A stretch of 64,000 nucleotides of DNA from Balanoglossus misakiensis (lineage: Eukaryota; Animalia; Hemichordata): contig CM082576.2 of assembly GCA_040954595.2 (NCBI GenBank), forward strand, positions 14,573,129-14,637,128, written 5' to 3'. Positions 12,801-24,800 of the stretch are shown piece by piece. Every line of letters begins with the position of its first letter. Within the stretch, counting starts at the first letter, position 1. The position numbers were made by a program, and so were the translations under genes. The notes below the pieces were generated by a model. It had not been told where the DNA came from and searched no databases. It worked only from the letters and a program-made list of their open reading frames with translations.

Positions 12801-15800
12801 GATGTTTTACACAAAAGGGTGTAAATGTAAGAAAACAGGATGCAAGAATAATACATGTAAATGCAAAAAGAAGGGCATGATGTGTGGCCCAGGCTGTAAT
12901 ATTGCCTGAACTGTGTGAACAACAACAACAAGGGCAGGGAACTGCAGACAGAAACTGATGAAATTATTGAAGAAGAAACCAATAATGATGATAATGAAAT
13001 CACAAATTGTGAAATAGAAGAAGTTATTGAGGATGAACAGGAATATGATTTGCCAGAAGAAAATGTTCTCGAAGTTGATGATAACCCTGACAGTGATGAT
13101 GAAATTGCTGGGTAAAACTAGCAAATGTATTTGCCAGGGGGCATGTTACTAACTGTGTGGCTGTACGTGGCGGGGGGGGGGGGGGGGGGCATGCAACATA
13201 CGCGGTGACTTGCAAGGAGAGTCAGTATTTCGCATAACCGTAGCCGCAATAATTGTAGCCCTGGTGGACTGGGTCGTGCAGGTTGGCCTTTAGCCCACGT
13301 CGTGTGGTTCGCAGCCGGGCGGCTTTAAGGCTTGCGCGAAGCTCACTTTAATTAACGCCGGGAACCTACAGACCTGTACGCAGGACTAACTACAACGCAT
13401 ATCGCATACACATTGCGCGCAACATCGAAACCCGGAAGTACGTGACCTTGATCAGTAAACACTGCGTCGTTTGCGTTTGCAAGGCGGCACTACTCCCATA
13501 TTTGGACTGAAGTACCTTTGAACTTTCCAAATCATGTGTTTGAAATATCGTGATGGCTCACGACCTCCTTGACCCCTTACCCGTTCGCTGAAAATTGGCC
13601 CGTCGTAGTGCGGTAAATCACCGTAATGACTGGTGCCGAGATAGGTCGTTAATTGCAAGAAAATGACGCTAAAAATGGCGGATTTTTTCGTTATCCCAAT
13701 AATTACTTTATAATACCTCAGAAAAATTGATTTTTCTTTTTCTTTCGGTGTTTTTAACTGAGATAAACCACTTCTAAAAATGTGTTTACATGACAACGGC
13801 GAGGGTTGCGAACGCCATGTTTGCAGCTCCCGCGTGTTCGAAAGCGAGGCTCCGGTGATGATAAAATATGCAAATTCACTACCCAGTTTCTCGACTGTGT
13901 ACGCACATTGGCGCACACTGCACACACGCACACACTGCACACACACACAGAGTGAATGAAAAATGCATCTACCTGCTGTGCTTTCTGTGAATCTTCCAGT
14001 CTAAACTTCCTGGCATCCACTGCAAATAGAAGCCTCTTCCACATATCTTGCAGCTCTTCGATTTGTCTGTCGATATCTTCAGAGTTGGGATGTCCAGCTT
14101 CAATCATTTCCTTGCCACGGTCGCACACTTCAGTGATGCGCGGTTCATGGCCATCCACTTCTGCTTTCAGGGAGTTGTTCTTCTTGATCAGCATTTGTAC
14201 GGCTAACAAACTGTTGCCATGGTCCTGTGACGTTGCTAGTGGCATCTTTTCCATGATCCACATCTGTACAAAAAGAAAGTGTTGTCATGAAGAAATTCCA
14301 CCAATTCAATGAAAACAGTTTCAAACTTCAAGTGCAACTCAATAGATATCTGATTTTTGGCTTTAATGACCGCAAGTGTCAAGATCTCACGAAAGTCCAT
14401 GGAACTCCTGGAGAATTACTATAATTATTGATCTTCCTACAGATTACTAATCTCAGAGAGTTATACTACTACCAGAAAATATTTTAAATCTAGAATCTGT
14501 CCAATAAACCATACATACAATCAACCGTTTTACATCCTTTTAAAGAGAAAACTTGCCTTTTCTTCGTCAATATCTCTGTTGAATTTGTGTGTCTTCTGGT
14601 TGGCTTCAAGCAATGCTTTCCTTTGTGCCAGTGGTTCAGCCAATCGGTGGAATCTATCTTCAATGTCATATTTCTTTCGTTTGACTTTTTCAAGATCTCC
14701 TTCATCTTGCAGTCCACTAACTTGGGATTCAAGTTCATTGACCTGAGTTTTCTTGACAATGACTTGACTCTCTAACATCTGAAATGTAAAAAAAAAAAAT
14801 TCATTTAGTATGTTGATGACTCAGATGATAATTGAAGCAAAATTCTTGTGATATTATAAAGAATTACGGCATTCCTAACAAAATGATCTAAATTTTTAGG
14901 GATCCTCACAAAAAAACATTCATTCCCTCTCTATTATTATGGTTGAGACAGACATGTTTTGGCAATAATACTCATCTTGTTGTCACAAAAATACCACAAT
15001 GATATTCTTCTTGAACATAAAATACAGTCAAACCTGTCCAAACCGAACCATGGATCTGGAAGCCTGTCTATACCAAACACATTTTCCAGTCCATTTCACG
15101 TAGAACGTCAACCACATGTTAAAAGAACCTCTATAAACTGGAGACCTCAGCAAATCTAACACTTTCTTCGGTCCTTTTGGTGTGAAGTTTAAACAGGTAC
15201 TACAATATAAAGTTACTACTGCCAATGTTTCTCACCTGTTGTTTCTTGAGTAGACTGTTAACAGTTGCAAAATCTTTGCCGGAATCTTCATGACTCAGTT
15301 GTACTTCCAAGTCATTGATCCAGTTGTCTAAATCATCACAGCCTTGTGTGAAGAGTGCTGCTCTGTTAGCTTCAAATAGTTTCTTAGCTTTCGCTTGAGT
15401 TGTGTTGTCTAGTTCATCCCACTGTGCTAACAGGTCGCTCAGTCTGCTTTCAACTTGCTCGGCAAAATCTGGCTTCTCTGTAATCAGCTCGCGACCATGC
15501 TGTGTCATTAACCATACAGAAAATTATGATTAAACCTCCTCAAATGTGAGTTTGAGGATTCAGAACCTCTTTTGGTTCTTTGGTACACGAGAATCAACTA
15601 TATATGACTAATATGTTTCTTGCTCCAGCAGTAAGAACCAAACTAGAACAATTTCAAAATATCAAGTGGCTGAGGGATCAAAACTTTGAGAACTAATTTA
15701 GTTCATATTATACAATCACCTCAAAATCCTGACACATGACTGAATATCTGCAGTTTAAGTGACTTATCAAAATGAATGGATTGCGATATCACAAGCCATA

Positions 15801-18800
15801 CTGAAGACGATTGACGTAACTGACCTCATTGAGTTTATCTAATCTTTCCTTATTGGCCTGTAATTCAGCTTCAAATGCTTGGTGTTTCTGCCACTTGCTG
15901 TGAATGCTTCTAGCTTCATCGTATGTTTCGTCTTGAGCTATCAGCATCTTCTCGTTGATCCACAAACCAATTTCATCAGCCTCCTGGAGGAATCCCTGCA
16001 GTAGCAGGTTGTCACGAAGCTGGTACAGATGGGAGTTGGCAACTTCGCGGTTATTCTTTCGCCTGTGAAGGATAAAGTCAGGTTGAGATTAGTCGTTTCC
16101 CTCTGCGTCTACACATATGTTCAAAATTATGGCACTAGAGGTAGTCAATGGTTTAACCCTTTCACAACCATGGTTCAGTCCAAACCCATTGTTTTCTATG
16201 GCACGGTTGGACCTCTAAAGAGGGAACCGGGGGTGAAAAGGGGTGAGTCCTATCAACATTCTGACATCCTGGTTTGGTTAAATCATAACATTAATATTGG
16301 TTAACATATGTATCACATTCACACTGCTTTCTGATATAAAATTTTCATTTAGACAAAATTTTAGGTAGAAATATTTCTTTACCTCTCATCAAGGTTTTCA
16401 CATTTTTTGTAGATTTTGTCAGCGGCATAATGGTTCTCATCACAGAGCCGGTGACCGAAGTTGATGACACTGTTGATTTTGTCGTCATTGGCATCCATGG
16501 TCTGTAAGAAGTTTTCATGTTTCTTGATAGCTTCCTCTGCAACTTCAAGATTGGTCTGGGGAAAAAGGAGAAGAAATTTTAGGGTCAAATGTATAGATGG
16601 GGTTTTCTGTTTTATATGGGCCATCCCAAGCAGAAAGGGGACTTATGGTCATAAGAAACGCGCTCCCATAAGACCCCTTTTTAGACTCACACATAGAATT
16701 ACGCTGGCTTTGCAATGACTGACAACAGAGAAAACCACTGAGTGTTTTTTTCTTGGAATTTACTGAACATTTGATGCTCAAAATAAACAATATAACTGTC
16801 ATATTTTGTGTGCTATTTTTTATGAAAAGTACAAAGTTTATCATCTCTTCAGTACATAGGCTTTTTGAATTCTCATCCATCTGCAGTTTGCTGTAAGGAT
16901 TTCTCAAAAACCAATGTGATACTTACGGGAGCTTCATATTTGGCCAGGAAGTTGTCTTGTTTGTTGAGCAGCATATCGGCCTGTCTGGCGTCACGCTGGA
17001 ACATTTGATGGTTGAGCGACTGAGACAACAAGTGTTGGCGGTTCTCCCACATCTTGTGCAGCTCTTCCCAGCCATCATCAAGGGCTTGCAGACGCTGTGT
17101 CAAATGAGAATTCACTCTATGTTACCTGACGCTCCAGGGGTGTAGAAAATAGCCGGCAGTCGGCAAAAACAAGTTGTGGGCTCTAAAAATATTTCTTCAA
17201 TAAAATATTTTGGGACGCTATATGTAAGACTTGGCTGCTCTACCTCCATGCAAGTCTGCATTTAACTGGTAACCTTTCACTCCTCTCAAATAATGTCTTT
17301 CCACATTATAAAAAGACAACTTTCATAATCTACCAACATCAACTTCTCCAGCACTGAGTTGTGTGACAATAAAGATCTTTCAGCAATAATGTTCAATCAG
17401 TCACTAGTTTCACAGTACAATACAGGTCTGTTTGACTATTAAAAGAACTCTAACGACCATCACACAAAGCCACACCTCAACACTAGTGGTTAACATTACC
17501 TGTCTCAGGAACATATACTGGGCATCAGTTTGGCCTTCAGTAACTTTCTGTCCCATCTCCCTCATCCTAGCATAGTCTGCATCATAGCCGTCAATCTCTT
17601 CCTTGATAGCCGCGTGTTGATTCAATAGTTTCTCAGCCTCAGATAAACTCTCAGGAATGTCTTCAGATGCAATAGCAGTCTGTGTTCTGGACAGCCAGGC
17701 TTGGAAGTCATCCAAGTCACGCAAGAACTGCTGCAGCTCACGGGCTTCTGCCATTGCTGCATCACGTTCTTGCAGCTGCAAGAGTACATCACAATATTTA
17801 GGAGGGAGTGACATGATGTATGTTTCATGGGATAAGGTTTTCACGGTTAGTAGTTCAGTTCCAAAGATAACTTGGGGATGTCAAAGTATACCAGTGCATA
17901 CAGGTTCCAGTGGTCTCTCTTGTACATGCATAAAATGACCTGAAAGGCCAACAGTGTGCCATGTAAGTCCATATGACACGCCACTGACTCAACAAACTCA
18001 CTGGCAACTCAAGAAAACGACCAGTATCCACACTACATGCAAAGGTATAGAGCTGACTCAAGATATTTTTTAAAAATCCTCAAATTGACACAACGCTTTT
18101 ACAAATTGTGTTTGTTAAAGGGCACACTGAAGGCCACCCATATATTCTTCTGTTAAGCACACATAATACAAATCAAGAGTGATGGTACTTACGATGATTT
18201 TCAGCTCATACCAGCATTCATTGATCTGGGCAAATCTCTGTCGAATGGCCTCTGCCTCCTCTGGATGCTCTTCAGCCAACTGATCTGCTTCCTTCTGCAA
18301 GGAATCTAATTTTGCCTGAATAGCAGCCAGGTCTGTCTCCATGCCTCTCAGCTTCCTCTGCAGGACCATGACACTGGCCAGATCGCTGCCAAGCTCTTCG
18401 GTAGACTGCAGTAGTCTAGTCTTCTCGCGGATCCAGGTCACAGTCTCATTGCATTCGATGTGGAAAGTCTGGATGCCCAGGGCGCCTTGGAGAGCATCTC
18501 TCTTCTGGTTGACAAGGGCTTGCAGGGCATTCCAGCTAGAATTTGCAGCAATTGAAAAAGTTGATATTTACTGATGGGGTGAAATGCGAGCATTTGCAAC
18601 AGTCTCAGTCAATCACGTGTCTGGCCATGTATCCCACAGTGTTGTCATTGTGATGGGCAAGCAATATTTCGACATCCAGTAAAAGTTTTTCTGAGTATGT
18701 TTTTTACTTTAGAACAGCCAGACATGTATCGGGTATGGTGCCTCATCAGCCTGATCACGTTTCATCTGCGCAGTCTTTGTCTGCACCACGCAAGTCAACG

Positions 18801-21800
18801 TTGTTGAAGTTGCCCGTCATCTGGAAATTTGAATGCCAACGTAACTGCGCCTGGGCGAGTCTGAAGTCATTTGATATCGAAGAATACACATTTTATGCAC
18901 CTGGTTAAAGAGTAATTACAGTGAGCTCAGAGAAAAGCCTGAGCTGAGAACTTACCGTTGGTTGAGGTTATTTTGTTTGGCCATGATTTCAGCCGAGTTG
19001 GGGTGTTCAATGTGCAGCAGCTGTCTTGCCAACTGGTTGACCACAGACACTCTGGATGCATTGACTTCCATCTCTTTCTCAAAGCGGTCAAATCTATGTT
19101 GCACCACCTCAGTGGATTCCAGGTTTTCGCCAGGAACCATGGAGTGTAGAGTTTGTTCCTAAATACACAACAAACAAAATGGAATTAGACTTTCCAATGA
19201 ATTAATCAATATAACAATTATTCAGAGCATTTCATTTGCTCTGTCACTTTCATAACCTGTTTGTTATTAAAAGACACAACTGAATGGAAATGTCTGTGAA
19301 AGTTAATGTAAACATTCACATAACCTTCATAATTACATTCTCAAAGACAAAGCCTTCGTAATGTGACAGCAAAAATAATGTCACAAAACTCCACTTATCA
19401 ATGTAAGTGTAAAAATAATACTTCTTGTTAACATTCATTTATATCACTGTCAGATATAGATCCTGAAAGAGCTACAAACTACTGATGATAATTCACCTTT
19501 TCTTGAATCCAGGATTCCACACTGTCAGCTTCATTGTACAGTTTGTACAAAGCAAGAGCATCAAGGAGTCTCTGTTTGCGCAGACGGGCCAACTCTACCA
19601 GCTCTTTGTAGCGGCGGTCAATTGTTCCAAGTCTGGCTTGCACTTCAGCTGAGGTTCTATCCTGTAATACAAAAATATTTCCCCTCGTGTTACTCACAAC
19701 CCAACAAAATGAACACAAAATTGGTGTCCATTGGTAGACAATGATGCTCCGTTTGAATCAAGCTCATCAATGGTTGTGTGATTGAACTCACACTTTCAAG
19801 AAAATCGCAAAAGTCAAACTTTGAACAAACAATAAATTACAGTTGATCTCAAAGCAGACAGGCAGACACAGTGACACACAGACACAGTGACACACGCACA
19901 GATAAGAGATGAAGAATGTAGGTCACATTTGCAATAAAGATCAACAATGTTTCCAAGAAATTCATACGACTGTTAGAATTAGATTCTCAAACTGGTGAAG
20001 AGGAAACTTACTTGTTTTCCAAGATGACTGGCTTGTTCATGAAGGCTGTCAATAACTGAGGAATAGTTACCAAGTTCATCAGCAACATCCTGTGTGTAAA
20101 AAAACATCTCTCATGTTACAACTTCGGCCATGATAAAACCTTTACTGGTGTTTTGAACAACCGAACACATCACCACAACCAAACCCATCATATCACACCA
20201 AATGTGCCGAAATGATATCACATCACATGTCTACGTTTTGTTTTTTGTTTTTCTACTCTTGGTATTTCACTTTTAAAGATGAATTTTCTTGCCTTCTGAA
20301 ATGATTCATGGGATTTTGACAAATATTACATCAGGAAATTGCATTGGTTCTACCAGCTTTATTACCATAAAACCTAAATGTTTAGTTTTGTCTATAATAA
20401 CCTCTTTTTCTTATAATAAATAGTTAAGTTTTTGGCAGCTAAAGGAATAATATAAAATGAAACAACAACACTGATGACAAAAACTGGATAAACTATAAAA
20501 TGGTGGTGAAATATGCCATTTATGAATGTGATGTGATCAAAAATATTTCTGTGTTCTTTGGCCAATATCATAAAAGCCGCACAGTTTCAAACACAGTGAC
20601 TCGTCAGTGAGTTAATACATAGTTTAAACAGAAACCATAGTGTAAGGACATCTGGTGATTTAAAGAATTGCAGCATTCACCTGCTATGTTAATATCAAAC
20701 TCTTGCTTTGTTAATTTGTCAGCGTGTGTGTACATGCATTAATTCAGTAAAACAAACACCGCAGGGAGTAAGTTCTCAAAGATTTTGCTGACATGCTTAG
20801 AAATCATAAAAAAGGGATAAAGATGGAAAAGAAACGGAGCAAAACAGCAACAGAACTTAACAGGTTAAATTAAGATTTGAATACCAATCAAACCAGGCAA
20901 AGCGATAAAAATAAGCCATAAGTATTACACAAAGCACCACAGAAAAAGCCAAGCAGCAAAAACAACATTAAAAAATATTAATAACTTAATTGATTACTGC
21001 ATGTAAATAAAGTAAGTAACAGAAATGTGCTGGCATGAAGCACTCACACTGGGGCGTAAGGGGACATCGATCAACACCTAAAAAGCAGGAAGCAAGCACA
21101 TGATATGGTATTGGTGAATTTCACTTTTTTTAGCAGCAGCAGCAGCCAGCCAGGCAAACTAATAACACAAAGCATCGTACAGCTTCATTCAAAGTTAAGC
21201 ATGTTACAGTCACAGCTATGGCATGAATAGCGGTTTCTCTGAGACAACTGAAACACGAATGATCGTCCCTAGGATGAAAGCAACTTCTCTTGCATGAACC
21301 ATGATGATAGGCATCGAGTCATATCTCGCACAAACATCCATAGGATATGAACAATGCTATGACAATGAAGTGAATACAAGCTACTGGGAACACAGAGGTC
21401 TGAGGTAAATTGTTTATGAAACTTTCAAAATATCTGAAAGCAAATACAGGTTTGGAAATCATGCACAAATGCATTATGTCTGTCTATTGTGGTATTTGAC
21501 ATGACTACATTAACTTCAATATAACTGCTTCAAACTACACACGTCTGCTGTGTACAGTCCATGTTTTACTACTGTAAGTGGTTCAGAAGATAATAATATG
21601 TGGTCAATGCGTTTGTCTGTCAGATGTGTAACTTACCTTGTGCTTCTTGAGTAGGGATTGTACACTAGCTTCATCTCGACCACAGTCTTCACTGGAGACA
21701 AGACGCAAAGTGTCCAACATCCATGTATCCACATCATCAGCATCAGCAAAGAACTGTTAGTAAAAAAAAAAAATTTTTTTAAATGGTCAGAGTGCAAAAT

Positions 21801-24800
21801 ATCAAGAAATGTCTTTTAGTTACTGCTCAGGTTTTTGAATTCACAATTAGTATAGTGCATTGTGTGTGTTTCAAATCTGAGACTGATCTATAAAAGTTGT
21901 TGTCAAAGTGTTGTTTTTCTTTCAGCAACAGAATGTGCAAAAAGGGCAGAAAAGAATTTCAGGATTTTTTTTCATGTTCGAGAATATAATTCATTTGATA
22001 ACAGTGTCTGAAGTCACACCAGATGACCGAAGCAAGTGAACAAATTTCTGCAAAATGGCATGTGTAAACAACTCCCAGGCACTATTTCCAAGCAACACTG
22101 ACATGTAAGCTTGATGCATGTCCACTGAATTCTTAGATGAATGAAATAGTTCCCAGTGTATCTGAACAACCACAAAATGCCTACTGCAGGCCACAGTTCA
22201 GCACTGCTTACTACTATGTGTGTGTGATTACAGACCTGATACATGTTGAGTGCCTCTTGTAGTCTCTTTCGTCTGGCGGCCATCAGTTGTTGCAGTGTCT
22301 CCCACATGGCCATGATTTCTTGGATGCGCACACGGATCTTGCCGGAACCAAAGTGTTGCTGTTCAATCAGGTCTTCGCCAACTTGAATAACGGAGATCAG
22401 TTGTGCATGATGACCTGTGATTTCTTCCTCCAATGCCTGAAATCACAAATACAGCAATGATGTTCAATTTGCCATATCAGGCCATGGTTACAGTCATAAC
22501 ATTTCTAATGTCAATAAGTTATTGGTGGAGATTAGACAGGGTACACTGTGATTTTACACTGGTGGTTTTTGATGGCATTGGAAAAATACAGCCAAAGCTA
22601 GATTTTCTTGCTTATAAAGACAATTCTTAAAGTGTTTGTTCATCAATACCTGTACTTGAACATTGAATACCCAAATCATGAAACTTATCTCCTTTTTTAT
22701 TTTTTCCAACAGTCCTTTACTATAAGAAATTTGAATAGGTAAGAAGACACATGGACTGTGTATAATAAAAGAATGATTCACTAGAAAAAATTTATAGACA
22801 TATCCACTATCAACACATCAAAAGAAGAGGTGCAGTATCTTACTTTCTGTTTTGTGAGCAGTAGATTAACACTAGTGAGATCACGTCCAATGTCAGCAGT
22901 TGACAGTAGAGTGGATTTCTCTTTGATCCAACCGTCCTCATCAGCAAGGTCCCAGAAGAATTGCCAGAGTTTGCGAGATTCATCCAGACGATTACGTCTT
23001 TCAGCGGCAAGATTTTGCAATTCAGCATAGCTGGATTCCAAATGCTCAATGCGATCCTTGACAATGGTAGGATCAACTGGTCTGTATCCTACAACAGATG
23101 AATGAGAATTTGGACGTTAAAACTTCAGCTACGAATCTTTACAATCCACATGCAAAATAACGTCCCCTCAGTAATTTGACATGCTATTGTCCCTCGATAT
23201 AGTTAACAGGTGTGATATAACATTGAACCATATATTTTTTCCTGTCATTGTAAAGCAATTACATTATGAGAGATATAGAGATTTAAAGAACACATTGTTT
23301 AGTTTCAAGTGCACAATTCAAGACTTGTCAGAGATATACAACTGTATGAAACAGTTGTATCAGTTCATGCAGTATCCCAACTTGTTTGATATGTACAAAT
23401 AAACATGTACTTACCAGCAGTATCAGGGGATGGAGGTCCGAGGAACTTCTTAGCTTGTTGGTTGACAAGTTTGACTCTTTCTCCTTGTACAGAAATGTCA
23501 GCTTCCAACAAGACATGTTTTTGGATCAGATCCTCAACACCCATCAGATGTTTGCCATAATCCTCTGACAACAGACGCATCTGGAAAAACACACAACCAC
23601 ATTAGCACTAACATAACCACACCTCTGCACAAAGCCTATCTTCTCCAAGCTATTTATCCCTTGCATCAAAATTGAATTTATTTTGTAAGTTATATGTGAA
23701 AATAGAGACAATATCAATTATTTTTTTTAGTTGCCGTGAAACCAAATAACTACAAAAAAAGTCAATATTGTTTGGCTAATTTTACCTTAGTTTCATCCAT
23801 CCAGTCCAAGAGCAGAAGCATTTCTTGGAAGATTCTCTGAATCTCCAACGACAAGTCCAAACGAAGACGACGAGCGTGCAGCAACTCAAGCAAGTATTCC
23901 CACAAACGTAGAACATTGTCTTTCCTGTAATCAAAATCGAAGCACTTTTAATTCGTGAAAAGTAGGACAGAAGAGCACACAAAAGGCACTCAAACTCAAT
24001 GACTGTACAAACACACCTCGAAATGGGCAACTTCAGTGTGTCATCTTTTTTGTACATAAATTGAACACTAACCACAAATTTGCATTCACGTTCTACTGCA
24101 ATATCCCAGAACTTTGTGAAGTAAAGGGAAGGAAAATTTTCCAACCTAACACTTTTTCCCCCCTGTTCATTTACCTTGCGTTAATTCTTTCAGCATCGTT
24201 GTACTTCTCAGCTTCTAATTCTTGAGCCACAGCCACTACAGCCATAACTCTCTCTTCATAGGCATTGATGTCAGTTTCAATAGCTTCATGCTTCTTGGCC
24301 GCAGCCTCCACTGCGGCTAGATCGTAGCCGAAGTTGTCCTGGGATACCAAGCGTTGGTTTTCACTCAGCCATGTCTCACGCATAGCAGCTTTGCGGTCGA
24401 ATCGTGAGGCCAGCTGTTCAAGTTTCTCTTGTCTGATCAACTCTTCGCGGAGGGCAAGCTCTCTCTCGTGTTCAGCCTTCTCCAGGTGTTCCCAAGCCTA
24501 CAAATAAAACAGAATCATACATATAAAGTACTCACTTATGAACATTTATATTTTTGTCTCTTATATCGGTATTACACTATCAACCATTCACAGTAACCAA
24601 ATGAAGTTGTCATTACGTGACTGATGGCAAGAAAACAGGAAAGATGACTGAATGATAAACTAGTGATGATGGCCTCACCCTGTTGATATCAGAAATGAGT
24701 TTTCCTTCTCTGGGAGTGTACGGTCTCTGGTTATTAGCTCTCATTTTGCTCTGCAGGGTGAACAGGAGTACTTCCAAGTTACCTTTCTCTGTGAACCTGT

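Larger units (their letters stand above)
10929..13897 (+). mobile_element. Academ (AcademX-like) DNA transposon, internally deleted, in spectrin intron 23
   Basis: 32-bp TIRs CAGTCGAGAAACTGGGTAGTG(G/A)ATTTGCATAT with 1 mismatch, 4-bp TSD TGTA (10925-10928, 13898-13901), CAG termini, internal XPG-like and Cys-rich coding remnants. Confidence 0.8.
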
